52,493 nucleotides of DNA from a virus. Lineage: Duplodnaviria > Caudoviricetes. Location of the stretch: positions 1 to 52,493 of the IMG/VR virus record IMGVR_UViG_3300037470_000686, one strand, 5' to 3'. Position numbers and translations under genes: made by a program. The stretch's first letter is position 1. Every line of letters begins with the position of its first letter. The notes under the pieces are model-generated. The model saw nothing but the letters and a program-made list of their open reading frames with translations. It did not search any database and was not told where the DNA came from. Of this stretch, positions 35,366-44,895 are shown piece after piece.

Positions 35366-36358
35366 ATGGCGAGCAACCGCCTACCCGTCCCGTCCGGCGA
35401 CCGGGCCCACCGTCTGCCTCGTGCCGGAGCGATCCGCATGGGCGAGAAAGCCCCGCGCTCGGAGGGCGGCCGCCGGGTCCTCGACACGTGGCGCTTCACC
35501 TCGTCGGACGTGACCGCCCTCGAACAGGTCGCCGCCCTCTACGGCGGCACCGTCGAGGAGTGGCCGGACACGACGTCGCCGCACACTCACCAGTTGACGA
35601 CGAAGGCGAACGAGATCCGGGTCGCTCTGCCGCCCGACGCCTGCACCGAATCCAACTACACGCTCTGGGTGAAGGGGGCCTTGAAGCGATCGTGTGACGG
35701 GGAGACGGTCGAGCTTCGCACCGTGACCCAGGGCCCCGAGGGGGACGTCGTCCACACGCGCGAGGCCGACTGTGTGTGTTGGGCGAAACAGGTCATGGAG
35801 TGCAGCCAGCGCGAGGTGCGCCTCGACGTCCTCCTCCCCGAGATCCGCTTCGCCGGGACGTGGGTCTACAAGTCGAAGGCCGCCGCCGCGGTCGCCGAGA
35901 TCCCCGCCTCGGTCGACGTGATCCGCCTCGCCCAGGCCCAGGGTCTCCCGTTCGCATCGTTGCGGATCGAGAAGCGGCGCTCGACGGACTTCTCCGGCAA
36001 CGTCCAGCACTTCTCGGTGGCGGTCCTCGGCTCGGAGTTCTCGATCGAGCAGATCGCCGCCGGGGGTCTCGCCGCCGTCGGTGCCGCTCCGGGTCGCGAG
36101 GACATGGCGCTCCCCGCCGGGATGGCATACCCCGAGGCGGTCGACGTCTCCTCGACGGACCGGGACGGACAGGTCGTCGACGGCGAGGTCGTCGAAGAGT
36201 CCACGGGTGAGGGCCCGGTCGAGGTGGAGTCGGTCGCTCCTCCCTCGGCTGAGCCCCACCCGTGCCCAGGGTGCGGCTTCTCGACGAGAGACGGCCGCCC
36301 GATCCGAAGGACGCCCCAGGGTTATGCCCACGTCGAGTGCATCGAGCCCTCGTCGTGA
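35366..36358 (+). CDS. Gp3-like (recombination directionality factor-like) protein
   Basis: GAIRMG...LDTWRFTS...VAALYGG...RSCDG...CVC...RLDVLLPE...GTW. Confidence 0.75.
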   Translation: MASNRLPVPSGDRAHRLPRAGAIRMGEKAPRSEGGRRVLDTWRFTSSDVTALEQVAALYGGTVEEWPDTTSPHTHQLTTKANEIRVALPPDACTESNYTLWVKGALKRSCDGETVELRTVTQGPEGDVVHTREADCVCWAKQVMECSQREVRLDVLLPEIRFAGTWVYKSKAAAAVAEIPASVDVIRLAQAQGLPFASLRIEKRRSTDFSGNVQHFSVAVLGSEFSIEQIAAGGLAAVGAAPGREDMALPAGMAYPEAVDVSSTDRDGQVVDGEVVEESTGEGPVEVESVAPPSAEPHPCPGCGFSTRDGRPIRRTPQGYAHVECIEPSS

Positions 36359-36388
36359 TCCACAGGTTGAGGATAATTCTGGGGATAG
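36356..36388. promoter_or_regulatory. Cluster of three DnaA-box-like 9-mers
   Basis: TGATCCACA, TGAGGATAA, TGGGGATAG versus consensus TTATCCACA/TGTGGATAA. Confidence 0.4.
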
Positions 36389-36688
36389 AGCGACCGTCGT
36401 CGATGGAGCGTCACCGCCGGGCAGTGAAGGCCCTCGAATCTTCCACGAGAGCCCCCAGGGAGCCCCGTGGTCGCTCCGCTGGGTCGAGGGCTACACCGTC
36501 ACACCCGGCCGCCGACGTCGACGCACTGGACAGGCTCCCACGGTCCGAGTAGAAACTGTCCCCCAACGGCAAACGGCCGAGAGGTCATCCATCCTCCCGG
36601 CCGCATGAGTTGCCCGACGAAGTTAGGAGCTTCGGCGTGAGCCAAGAAGATACACAGTCAACCCCCCGACCGCAACGGGGGCACTGAC

Positions 36689-37567
36689 GTGTGCAACCTG
36701 GCGAAGCAACTCGTGCTCGACTCGAACCTCGTCGGGGCGGCCAAGCGCTTTCTCGCGTACCGGGTGGCCGAGATCGTGAACGACTCGAACGACCACGACT
36801 TCTGGGCGAAGCCGGAGAAGCTCGCCGTCGAGGTCGGACTCGATCCGGGGACGGTCCGCAAGTACCTCAGGGCCATGGTCGAGCGGGACCTCCTCGTCGT
36901 GTTGGAGGAGGGCGGCGGGCGGAGTCGGTCGACCCGGTATCGCTTCGTCGGATGCGCCGAGGCCCACGCCCAGAAACCGCGCCTGGGTGCGCGGAATGAG
37001 GGCCCAGAAGAATCGCGCCCCCCGGCGCGGAATGAAGAAACCGCGCCAGGGGTCCACGAAACCGCGCCAGGGGTCCACGAAACCGCGCCCCCAGGCGCGG
37101 CCATAGGAGAACAAGAGAGAGAACCTAACGAACCAGAACCTTCTTGCGCGACTGACGTCGCGCGGCAGGATTCGCGCGCGTCCGATTCGGCAACAGAGGA
37201 GGGACCGAAACCACCCCGAGTCCGCCGGACATTCAAGGCCGACTTCGAGGTGTTCTGGGAGGAGTACCCGCGCAAGCTCTCGAAGAAGGCGGCGGCCAAA
37301 CGCTACGACGTGGTCCGGCGGGACGGGGCCAGCGCCGAGGATCTCCTCGCCGGACTCGACCTCTACAAGCGGACCGAGTGGTTCACCCGAGAGCCCGACA
37401 CGATCCCCTACCCGGCGACCTGGCTCAACGCCTTCGACCCGAGTGAGCTACAGTCGTCACCTACACCCACAACCGATGACGAGATGCCCGGCTCAGGTCA
37501 CACGTGCTACGTGCCCGAAGGTCTCACGGCGTGCGTCATCTGCAAGGAGGAGGTCCTCGTCTCGTGA
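36689..37567 (+). CDS. Replication initiator-like protein (N-terminal wHTH)
   Basis: EKLAVEVGLDPGTVRKYLRAMVERDLL...RSTRY; C-terminal FEVFWEEYPRK..K..A...IPYPATWLN; internal iterons. Confidence 0.8.
   Translation: MCNLAKQLVLDSNLVGAAKRFLAYRVAEIVNDSNDHDFWAKPEKLAVEVGLDPGTVRKYLRAMVERDLLVVLEEGGGRSRSTRYRFVGCAEAHAQKPRLGARNEGPEESRPPARNEETAPGVHETAPGVHETAPPGAAIGEQEREPNEPEPSCATDVARQDSRASDSATEEGPKPPRVRRTFKADFEVFWEEYPRKLSKKAAAKRYDVVRRDGASAEDLLAGLDLYKRTEWFTREPDTIPYPATWLNAFDPSELQSSPTPTTDDEMPGSGHTCYVPEGLTACVICKEEVLVS
36973..37089 (+). repeat. Iterons inside the initiator gene (candidate origin)
   Basis: GAAACCGCGCC at 36973, 37037, 37058, 37079 (last three at a 21-bp period) plus GAATCGCGCC at 37010. Confidence 0.75.
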
Positions 37568-38025
37568 GCACCCACACGATGCAGTACAGCTATCGAGCCA
37601 CCTGGAAGGAGGGCCACCGCCACGGCAGGACGGCCCCGGTCAAACCGATCGAGATGGCCGGGAAGCTGTTCATCTTCTCGGACCGGGTCGCCGATCCGGT
37701 GAACGGGATGGACCCCGGCCAGGTCGTCGCCATGGCCCGGACCCACGTCATCAACCTGAACCAGACCCTCGTTCACGCCGAGGAGATCGAGGTGTCCGTC
37801 GAGTCCCGCCGGGCCCGGTCCGTCGGTGGCGTCATCTCGCCGATGGGCTCATGGTCGGGTCTGGCGACCGCCGTCCTCGACGTCGAGTCGGGCGAGGTGA
37901 AGGTCGTCTTCGCCGACGAGGAGGGGGCCGACAACGCCCACGAGATCCGCATCGCCAAGGAGCGGATTCACCGCTTCAAGGACATACCTCGGGAACGTTC
38001 ACCGCTGGCCGAGGGGGACCTGTGA
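37564..38025 (+). CDS. Hypothetical protein
   Basis: GTGA overlap; GGAGG upstream. Confidence 0.6.
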   Translation: MSTHTMQYSYRATWKEGHRHGRTAPVKPIEMAGKLFIFSDRVADPVNGMDPGQVVAMARTHVINLNQTLVHAEEIEVSVESRRARSVGGVISPMGSWSGLATAVLDVESGEVKVVFADEEGADNAHEIRIAKERIHRFKDIPRERSPLAEGDL

Positions 38026-38146
38026 GGCTCGACGTGCCGCTCCTGCTGATCGCTCTGTTCGTCGTCATCTTCGCCGTCTGGGCATCGGTCCGCTACGCCA
38101 TCGCCGCCCTCGATCGACTGAACCCACCGACGACCAAGGAGGACGA

Positions 38147-38497
38147 ATGACTACCGGCCGATGGGTGGCGATCCCCCGTGGCGAGACCGCCCCGCCATGT
38201 ATCTACAACGGCGACCTCGACGGCAACCCTTCATGCTCGCCGTCGAACCCGAGGACCGCTCATCGGGAGTGCGCGCTGATCGCCTGGGTCAACGATTGGG
38301 TCTTCACCGGGGAACTCCGAGCGACCTTGAACAAGGCTCACACCTTCGACGACGAATGCCCACACAGCTACGACATCGACAACCCGGCGCTCGTCCTCGA
38401 CGACGATGAACAGGCGGAGCACTCCCGCGACTGCCACGTCGAGGTCTACGCCGGGTGGCTCGACGTCCGACAGATGCCCGAGGAGGTACGACCATGA
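38147..38497 (+). CDS. Hypothetical protein
   Basis: AAGGAGG RBS. Confidence 0.65.
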   Translation: MTTGRWVAIPRGETAPPCIYNGDLDGNPSCSPSNPRTAHRECALIAWVNDWVFTGELRATLNKAHTFDDECPHSYDIDNPALVLDDDEQAEHSRDCHVEVYAGWLDVRQMPEEVRP

Positions 38498-38931
38498 CGG
38501 TCGAGACGAAGTCCACGATCCGATGCGATGCCCGGAGGTGCCCGCGAACCCACAAGGTCGGCGGGGCGGTCCCGGCCGACTGTGAGGATCTCGACGACTA
38601 CAACGAACAGGTCGCCGCTCTCGAAGGGTGGGGGACGAGTGTGGGCCCGTTCGGTCGCCGTCACTTCTGCCCGACTCACTGCGTGGTGAACCTGGAGATT
38701 CCCGATCCATCGCCCCCCGCCGACCTCCTCATCGTCGACGACCCGGTGAAGCCGGACAAGATCGACCCGGATGCGATCGCCGAACATCTCACCGCATGGC
38801 GACCGCCGGGCGGAGTCGCCGTGGTGATCTGCTACGACGGCCCGGCCGAAGGCGACCGGGTGGCCCGGCTACTCCTGGGCGAGTCGGAGCCCGAGAGATG
38901 GCATCCATCCAAGGGACCGAGGCCGACATGA
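38494..38931 (+). CDS. Zn-ribbon protein
   Basis: IRCDARRC...EGW...HFCPTH, same pattern as 1835-2032. Confidence 0.6.
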   Translation: MTVETKSTIRCDARRCPRTHKVGGAVPADCEDLDDYNEQVAALEGWGTSVGPFGRRHFCPTHCVVNLEIPDPSPPADLLIVDDPVKPDKIDPDAIAEHLTAWRPPGGVAVVICYDGPAEGDRVARLLLGESEPERWHPSKGPRPT

Positions 38932-39395
38932 TGAGGGCCTCGAAGCTCACCCCGCAACAGGTCCAACTCCTGAGGGATTGGGGCGACCGACTCCGCGACA
39001 TGTTCCGGGGAGAGGTGCCGTACCACGTCGGGTCCTCGGTCGACGGCGACACCTGGCGTGACGTCGACGTCCGGGTGATCCTCGACAATGACACCTTCGG
39101 CGTGTTGGAGGAGATCGTCGACATCGGCCGCCTGGATCTGGCGCTCACCGTGTGGGGGGAACGGGCGACGGGTCTCCCGATCGACTGCCAGGTCCAGTCG
39201 GTCCACGCGGCCGAGGCGATCCCCGAGGACCGGCCCCGCAACCCGGCGATCAACCTCGTCGGGTTCGCCGGGTCTCACCCGTCGATGAATCCGGGCCGCC
39301 CCGTCCTGGTGAGGAATGCCCCGCCGACCCGCGACGTCCGCCATGTCGCCAAGTGGGGGATCGGCGGCCGGGCCCGACGGAGGTGGTCGAGGTGA
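38928..39395 (+). CDS. Minimal nucleotidyltransferase (pol-beta superfamily)
   Basis: YHVGSS...WRDVDVRVIL...GLPIDCQ (GS, DxD, third Asp). Confidence 0.7.
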   Translation: MMRASKLTPQQVQLLRDWGDRLRDMFRGEVPYHVGSSVDGDTWRDVDVRVILDNDTFGVLEEIVDIGRLDLALTVWGERATGLPIDCQVQSVHAAEAIPEDRPRNPAINLVGFAGSHPSMNPGRPVLVRNAPPTRDVRHVAKWGIGGRARRRWSR

Positions 39396-39691
39396 ACACG
39401 TGGGATCTCGGCGACCCGTTCGCCGAATACGTCGCCGCACAGGTCAAGCGGGACCTGGAGCACCGGGAGCTTCGAGCGATGGTCGTCGCCCTCCTCCTCG
39501 ACCACCCAGGGGCGAAGTCGCTCACGCACTACGACGTCGGCGGCCAAGAACGCCACCGGATCACGGTCCACCTCGACCCGGCGACGATCGCGCGCATGAA
39601 GGCGTCCGCCCTTCTCGACGACTACCAGATCCGTCACCTGAACTTCCCGGATCTCGACGAGAACCTGATCGAGATGAGGTGGACGCAATGA
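39392..39691 (+). CDS. Hypothetical protein
   Basis: GTGA overlap; GGAGG upstream. Confidence 0.55.
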   Translation: MNTWDLGDPFAEYVAAQVKRDLEHRELRAMVVALLLDHPGAKSLTHYDVGGQERHRITVHLDPATIARMKASALLDDYQIRHLNFPDLDENLIEMRWTQ

Positions 39692-40152
39692 ACGAACCGA
39701 AACCGGACCCGACCCGAGAGCACGCCTTCTGTCACCGATGCGGCCAGCGCTACATGATCCCGAGAGCCGGAGACAAAGGCTTGTGTGTCCCGTGTGAGCC
39801 TCGACCGGTGCCGAGCCGATGACCACTCACCTCCTCGCCTCGTGCGTCAAGGGCCGGGCCACGACCTACTGCGGACAGTCCGGCCCGAAGTCGATGGGCA
39901 CGATCACGAAGAAGCACGTCGACTGCCAGGAATGCCTCGACGCCTCCACCCACCCCGACCTGAGGAGTACCCGATGAGACTCTCACTCCGACGCCGACCC
40001 CGTCTCCGTTGCGTACCCTTCGAGGTCGTCGTCATCCACAACGAACGATGGGTGATCGTGTCCGTGACCCTTTCCTCGCCGGGCCCAGAGTGGGCCCCGT
40101 CGATCAGCCTCGACCTCGTGAGAGAAGACGATCACCTCGCCGGACGGCGAAC

Positions 40153-40518
40153 GTGACCGTCGAACCCCCGATCATCGCCTACCTGAGACGGTGCCTCGCC
40201 GCCCGCGAATCGAAGGGCACGTTCGGCGTCACCTGCACGACGACGGGGCCATGGCCGAAGGGGACGACGATACGCCCAGAGCTTCTCTCCGTCGGCGAGG
40301 GAGGCCAACGCAACTGGCGTCTCACCTGGCCCCAGGTCGAGAAGTTCCTCGCCGCATGGGACGACGCCGTCGACGACTCGACGGACCGCCCCGTCGCTCA
40401 CTCGTGCACGGCGAACCAACTCGACTCCCACGCCGAAGAGACCGTCTGCACCTTCCCAGGGTGCGGCCGCAAACTGACCGGCTCCAACGCCCACGACCAA
40501 CCGGGGACACCCACATGA
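40153..40518 (+). CDS. Hypothetical protein
   Basis: GTGA overlap; C-terminal CTFPGCG. Confidence 0.5.
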   Translation: MTVEPPIIAYLRRCLAARESKGTFGVTCTTTGPWPKGTTIRPELLSVGEGGQRNWRLTWPQVEKFLAAWDDAVDDSTDRPVAHSCTANQLDSHAEETVCTFPGCGRKLTGSNAHDQPGTPT

Positions 40519-41066
40519 ACCACGACCACGTCGCCTTCGTCGATATCGAAACCCTCGGACTCGACCCGTACCGACACGCCGTGTGGGAGGTGGCAATCAT
40601 CGTCGACGACGACGAGATCCTGTTCCAGATCCACCTGTCCGACGAAGAGATCGCTACGGGCGATCCGGTCGGGATGGACATCTGCCAGTTCCATCACCGC
40701 TACGAGGCGACCGCCGCCTACCCGTCATGGACCGCCGCCGCCATCATCGAGGAGGCCCTCAGCGGCCGACACATCGTAGGGGCGGTCCCGTCCTTCGACG
40801 AGCAACGCCTCGCCCTCCTCTGTGACCGGGCATTCCGAGGAGGGCACCCGCCCGAACGGCGACCATGGCACTACCACCTGATCGACGTCGAAGCGATGGC
40901 CGTCGGAGCACTCGCCGCCCGAGGCGAGATCGTCGACCTGCCATGGAGGTCGCACGACCTGTCGACACGACTCGGAGTCACCACCCCGGTTGAAGACGAA
41001 CACACCGCCCTCGGAGATGCCCGCTGGGCCAGAGCCATCTACGAAACGATCATGAGGGACCAATGA
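40515..41066 (+). CDS. DnaQ-like 3'-5' exonuclease (DEDDh)
   Basis: FVDIETLGLD, VGAVPSFD, WHYHLIDV, HTALGDA. Confidence 0.88.
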   Translation: MNHDHVAFVDIETLGLDPYRHAVWEVAIIVDDDEILFQIHLSDEEIATGDPVGMDICQFHHRYEATAAYPSWTAAAIIEEALSGRHIVGAVPSFDEQRLALLCDRAFRGGHPPERRPWHYHLIDVEAMAVGALAARGEIVDLPWRSHDLSTRLGVTTPVEDEHTALGDARWARAIYETIMRDQ

Positions 41067-41157
41067 GAACAGGACCGAAGACGACGAAGTCAGAGACGAA
41101 GTCAACCACGAGGCGCGCCGGGTCGCGCGGGTCTGCACGCGGGCGCGAGGTGTCGTC

Positions 41158-41337
41158 GTGATCTACCTGGCGTGTGTGGGTGCCGTGTTGGCGGGGGCCG
41201 TCGTGATCGGCCTGACGTATGCGGAGGGGACGTTGGACGACGAGGGGGTCGTGCTGGCCGGGTGCCTGTCGGTGCTCGGGTTCTTGCTCGTGGTCGGTGG
41301 CGTGGCGGTGGCCGTGTCGAGGTGGGTGGCGTCGTGA
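41158..41337 (+). CDS. Small two-TM membrane protein
   Basis: GAGG RBS, GTG start, two hydrophobic helices; not in the ORF track. Confidence 0.5.
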   Translation: MIYLACVGAVLAGAVVIGLTYAEGTLDDEGVVLAGCLSVLGFLLVVGGVAVAVSRWVAS

Positions 41338-41886
41338 GTCGGCAGGTCGAGAAGTGGGTGAAGATCCTGGAGGAGGAGGCGGGCGAGTACACGAGGCGGG
41401 GCCGGTCGACCCACACGAGCACGGCCGCCGCCGACCTGCACGAGGCCGCCGACGCGATGCGTGCGGGAGCCTCGGTCCTTCGGATGCTCGACGCCGACCC
41501 GAAGGTCGACGTCGAGGCCATGGCCTACGGTCTTCACCCATGAGCGACGACGACGACAAGCCGACGACGATGGGCGAGTACACGATCGCCGAATTGATCG
41601 ACCGATCCTCCCTCGGGACACCGGGAGCGAAGAAGCTCCGGGCCCGCACGCCGCAACATGTCGTCGACGAGATTCTGAAACGAGTAACCCGAGATGACTG
41701 ACGCCGCCCTCCTCCTCGCCCACCTCGGCACGCTGGAGCTACCCCTGTCGATCCTCGCCTGGCTCGCCGTCGTCTCGGCCGTCTTCACCATGATCGACGC
41801 GATCCTCGGATGATCGACCTATTCCTCACCGTGCTCGTCACCGTCCTCCTGGTCGCGGCGATCGTGGCACTGTTCGTCTACGCCCG

Positions 41887-42213
41887 ATGGCTGATCGGAC
41901 CGCCGAAGTGACCCTCACCCGTGAGCAGATCGTGCGAGCCGAGAACTTCGTCTGGACCGTCGCCTCCGTCAAGCCCCACCCGATCCCCGTCTCCGTCGGA
42001 TGGCTCGCGGAGCGCACCGGCTACGACGTCGACGACTGCCGATCCATCCTCGACCGCCTCGCCAACATCGGACTCCTCTACACGCTCAACGCCGCCCACC
42101 TCCCCACCGATGACCCCGCGAAGATCGTCGTCTACCACTTCAATCAGAAGCGGATCACCTCCTACCTCAAAGAGCGGGCCAAGCGGACAACCTCACCGAC
42201 AGGCGACACATGA
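41887..42213 (+). CDS. Winged-helix DNA-binding protein
   Basis: VSVGWLAERTGYDVDDCRSILDRLANIGLLY. Confidence 0.6.
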   Translation: MADRTAEVTLTREQIVRAENFVWTVASVKPHPIPVSVGWLAERTGYDVDDCRSILDRLANIGLLYTLNAAHLPTDDPAKIVVYHFNQKRITSYLKERAKRTTSPTGDT

Positions 42214-42368
42214 TCCGGGCCCTCCGCCGCCGACGTCGCCGGACCTACTGCGGCCGATGTGGACTCATCGCCGCCCACTGGCCCGGATGCCCACGCCCCC
42301 GCCGCCGGGTCCGAATCGAGCGCAGAGGTAAGTGACACGCCAGTAGTTCGTCGATACGATGCGCCGCG

Positions 42369-42860
42369 ATGCTCACGCCACTACCCGACGACTGGCGCAC
42401 CGCCGGACGATGTCACCCGACCAAGAACACCCACCTCCTCACCGACCTGTTCTTCCCCGACGACGACGAACCCCGAGGGCCCGGCAAGAGGATCTGTTCC
42501 GACTGCCCAGTCCGGTTCACGTGCCTCGAAGCCGGACTCGACGAGTCGGCGTTCATGCCCCGAGGGAACCGGCTCACCGGGATCTACGGCGGCATCGGGT
42601 CGTCCGGCCGGGTCCACCTGTTGAAGCTCCGGCGAGAGCAAGCCGACCAACTACAGCACCGCTACAACCCGTCGTGTATCTGCCGGTTCTGCCAGGACAC
42701 CCGCAAACTCGTCGGCGGTACCGGACTCGTCAACCGCAACGGCGACGGTGCGAAGTGTGGCAGGATCTCCACCTACAGTCGAGGGTGCCGGTGCACCGCC
42801 TGCGAGGCGAGCATGGCACTGCGATACCGGCACTCGAAGACGATCGCGGAAGCGGCATAG
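42369..42860 (+). CDS. whiB: WhiB-family transcription factor with extra Cys-rich C-terminal motifs
   Basis: WRTAGRC...DLFFP...KRICSDCPVRFTCL...GIYGG; then CICRFC and YSRGCRCTAC. Confidence 0.85.
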   Translation: MLTPLPDDWRTAGRCHPTKNTHLLTDLFFPDDDEPRGPGKRICSDCPVRFTCLEAGLDESAFMPRGNRLTGIYGGIGSSGRVHLLKLRREQADQLQHRYNPSCICRFCQDTRKLVGGTGLVNRNGDGAKCGRISTYSRGCRCTACEASMALRYRHSKTIAEAA

Positions 42861-43265
42861 ATGGCACCCACAACTCCTCAGGTTCTCCGCCGACCTCGAA
42901 GCCTCGACGCCTGGCGGGAAGCCCGGCCCCAGATGGAGCTACTCGCCCTCGACGCCCCGTGGCTGATCGGCGACTGGCTCAACGCCGCCGAGATGATAGG
43001 GGCCGACGACGACCTCGTCGCCTGCCTCAACTCTGACCCGAGATGGGAGGCGACCACCGTCGCCCAATGGCGCTACGTCGCCTCCCGGTTCCCTGAGTCG
43101 CGCCGGGCCCGCCGTCTCCCGTTCCCGTTCTTCGCCGCCGTGGCCGAACTGCCGGAGGCGGCCGCCGACGCCCTCCTCGACCTGGCCGTGGTGGAGGGCT
43201 GGACCCTCGGGACCCTGACCAAACAGGTAGCGTCGAAGAAGAAGGAGGTGCGCCCGCATGGGTGA
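42861..43265 (+). CDS. LmbU-like transcription regulator
   Basis: WLIGDWL...YVASRFPESRR...LPF....VAEL....LL..A..EGWT...L. Confidence 0.6.
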   Translation: MAPTTPQVLRRPRSLDAWREARPQMELLALDAPWLIGDWLNAAEMIGADDDLVACLNSDPRWEATTVAQWRYVASRFPESRRARRLPFPFFAAVAELPEAAADALLDLAVVEGWTLGTLTKQVASKKKEVRPHG

Positions 43266-43776
43266 CAACCTGCCCCGGACGTCATGGGCTCACGTCGACG
43301 ACAAGGGCGACCCGATCTTGAAGGTCTCACATAACGACGGGGACCTCGCCGCCGCCGTAGTCGTCACGACGACCGACCCCTACAACCATGCCGCGTTCCC
43401 GATGCCACTCGGTCGGCTCCGGGGTCTCGCCCGCTTCATCGACTTCGTGCTCGCCGACGCCGTCGAGACCTCCACCCTCGGCGAGGCCGAGGCGAGCTTC
43501 ATCGTCCCGCGCCGCCTCGTCCCCGACAACTACCCGCAATGGCAATGGGAGTACGGAGGGAGCCGCGTCGAGGTCAACCTGACCGGCTCGAACCGCGCCG
43601 TCGTCGAATCGCTCCGGGACCACCTCGCCCACCTGCCCGGCACGTGGACCTACGCACACACCCGCGAGAACGGGATGACCGTGGTCCACACGCTCGACGC
43701 GGCCGGACTCAGCACCCAGGCCGCCTCGTCGCTTCACGACTACTGCAACCGCATCCTCAGATGGTTCGACGCATGA
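43258..43776 (+). CDS. Hypothetical protein
   Basis: AAGGAGG RBS. Confidence 0.65.
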   Translation: MGDNLPRTSWAHVDDKGDPILKVSHNDGDLAAAVVVTTTDPYNHAAFPMPLGRLRGLARFIDFVLADAVETSTLGEAEASFIVPRRLVPDNYPQWQWEYGGSRVEVNLTGSNRAVVESLRDHLAHLPGTWTYAHTRENGMTVVHTLDAAGLSTQAASSLHDYCNRILRWFDA

Positions 43777-44423
43777 GCGGCGGGGCGAAGATCCACCAGA
43801 AGTGCGAGGCCATGACCAAGGCCGGGAACCCGTGCAAGGCGTCCGCCTACTACGGCTCGAACCCGCCCCGGTGCGTGCAGCACATGACGAAGACCGTCGA
43901 GGACAACGCCGCCGCACGAGCGAGGGCGAAGGCCCTCTTCCTCGACGCCTACCGGGCCACGTTCGACGTGACCAAGTCGGCTCAGGTCACCGGCTACTCG
44001 CCGACCACCCTCCGCATGTGGCGCTACGAAGATCCCGAGTTCGAGAAGGATTGGGAAGAGGCGAAGACGACGTGTCTCGAAGACCTCGAACACTCGCTCT
44101 TTCAACGCGGCATGGGGGTCGAGGTCGTCGAGGTCACCCGCGAGCGGGCCGTCACGATCATCGACGGCGAACGGGTCTACTACGGCGGCAACGATGACGA
44201 GCTACTCGTCACGAAGACGACGACGAAGTGGGTCGCCGACACGAAGGCCGCCGAGATCATCCTCCGAGGCCACAACCCGCAACGTCACCGCCACGACCGG
44301 CAGTCGCTCACCGTCAACATTCCGCGCCGCCCAGAGGACGAGTCGACGATGGAGGATCTCATGAACGACCCGAAGACTCGGGCCGCCCTCGACGACCTCC
44401 TCGACTCGGACATGTCGACGTGA
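43773..44423 (+). CDS. Terminase small subunit
   Basis: CEAMTKAGNPC; FLDAYRATFDVTKSAQVTG...WRYEDPEFEKDWEEA HTH; upstream of TerL. Confidence 0.75.
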   Translation: MSGGAKIHQKCEAMTKAGNPCKASAYYGSNPPRCVQHMTKTVEDNAAARARAKALFLDAYRATFDVTKSAQVTGYSPTTLRMWRYEDPEFEKDWEEAKTTCLEDLEHSLFQRGMGVEVVEVTRERAVTIIDGERVYYGGNDDELLVTKTTTKWVADTKAAEIILRGHNPQRHRHDRQSLTVNIPRRPEDESTMEDLMNDPKTRAALDDLLDSDMST

Positions 44424-44605
44424 GGACCATCGCACCGGCCGACCTCGTCACCGCCTGCACCTCCGCCCTCGACGAGTGGGCCGACCTCCAGGTCCTCGAC
44501 GGCACCCACCCGAGCGTCGAGGACGCCATCGCCTCCGAGACCGGCGAGGCGATCGTCAACGTCCTACACCGCACCGCCAACCGACTCGGAGTGTTCATCC
44601 CGTGA
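44420..44605 (+). CDS. Hypothetical protein
   Basis: GTGA overlaps at both ends. Confidence 0.5.
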   Translation: MRTIAPADLVTACTSALDEWADLQVLDGTHPSVEDAIASETGEAIVNVLHRTANRLGVFIP

Positions 44606-44892
44606 ACGAATACCGGGCCCGCCGTGACGAGTTCTGCGCCAAGATCGGCGCGCTCCTCGACGAGTACGCCGACGTCGCCTCCCCCGTCGGAGCCATGGAG
44701 GCCGCCGACGACGACGTCGACCCGCTCGACAGGGCCGAAGCGGCCGAACGTCCCTGCCACGTCGAAGGATGGGTGATCGCCATCGAGCACGCCCGCGACG
44801 ACAACACGTCGTCGTGGACTCAGCGCATCGCCCCGGCCTTCCTGTCGTCCGCCCACGTCGTCGGGATCTTGTACTCCGCCACTGACGTGTAG
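44602..44892 (+). CDS. Hypothetical protein
   Basis: GTGA overlap; VEGWVIAIE...HVVGIL. Confidence 0.55.
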   Translation: MNEYRARRDEFCAKIGALLDEYADVASPVGAMEAADDDVDPLDRAEAAERPCHVEGWVIAIEHARDDNTSSWTQRIAPAFLSSAHVVGILYSATDV

Positions 44893-44895
44893 GCC

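Noticed and set aside
36389-36688. Hidden repressor gene in the gap before the initiator
   Set aside because: The frames I read on both strands are short or lack coding-like composition and any HTH pattern
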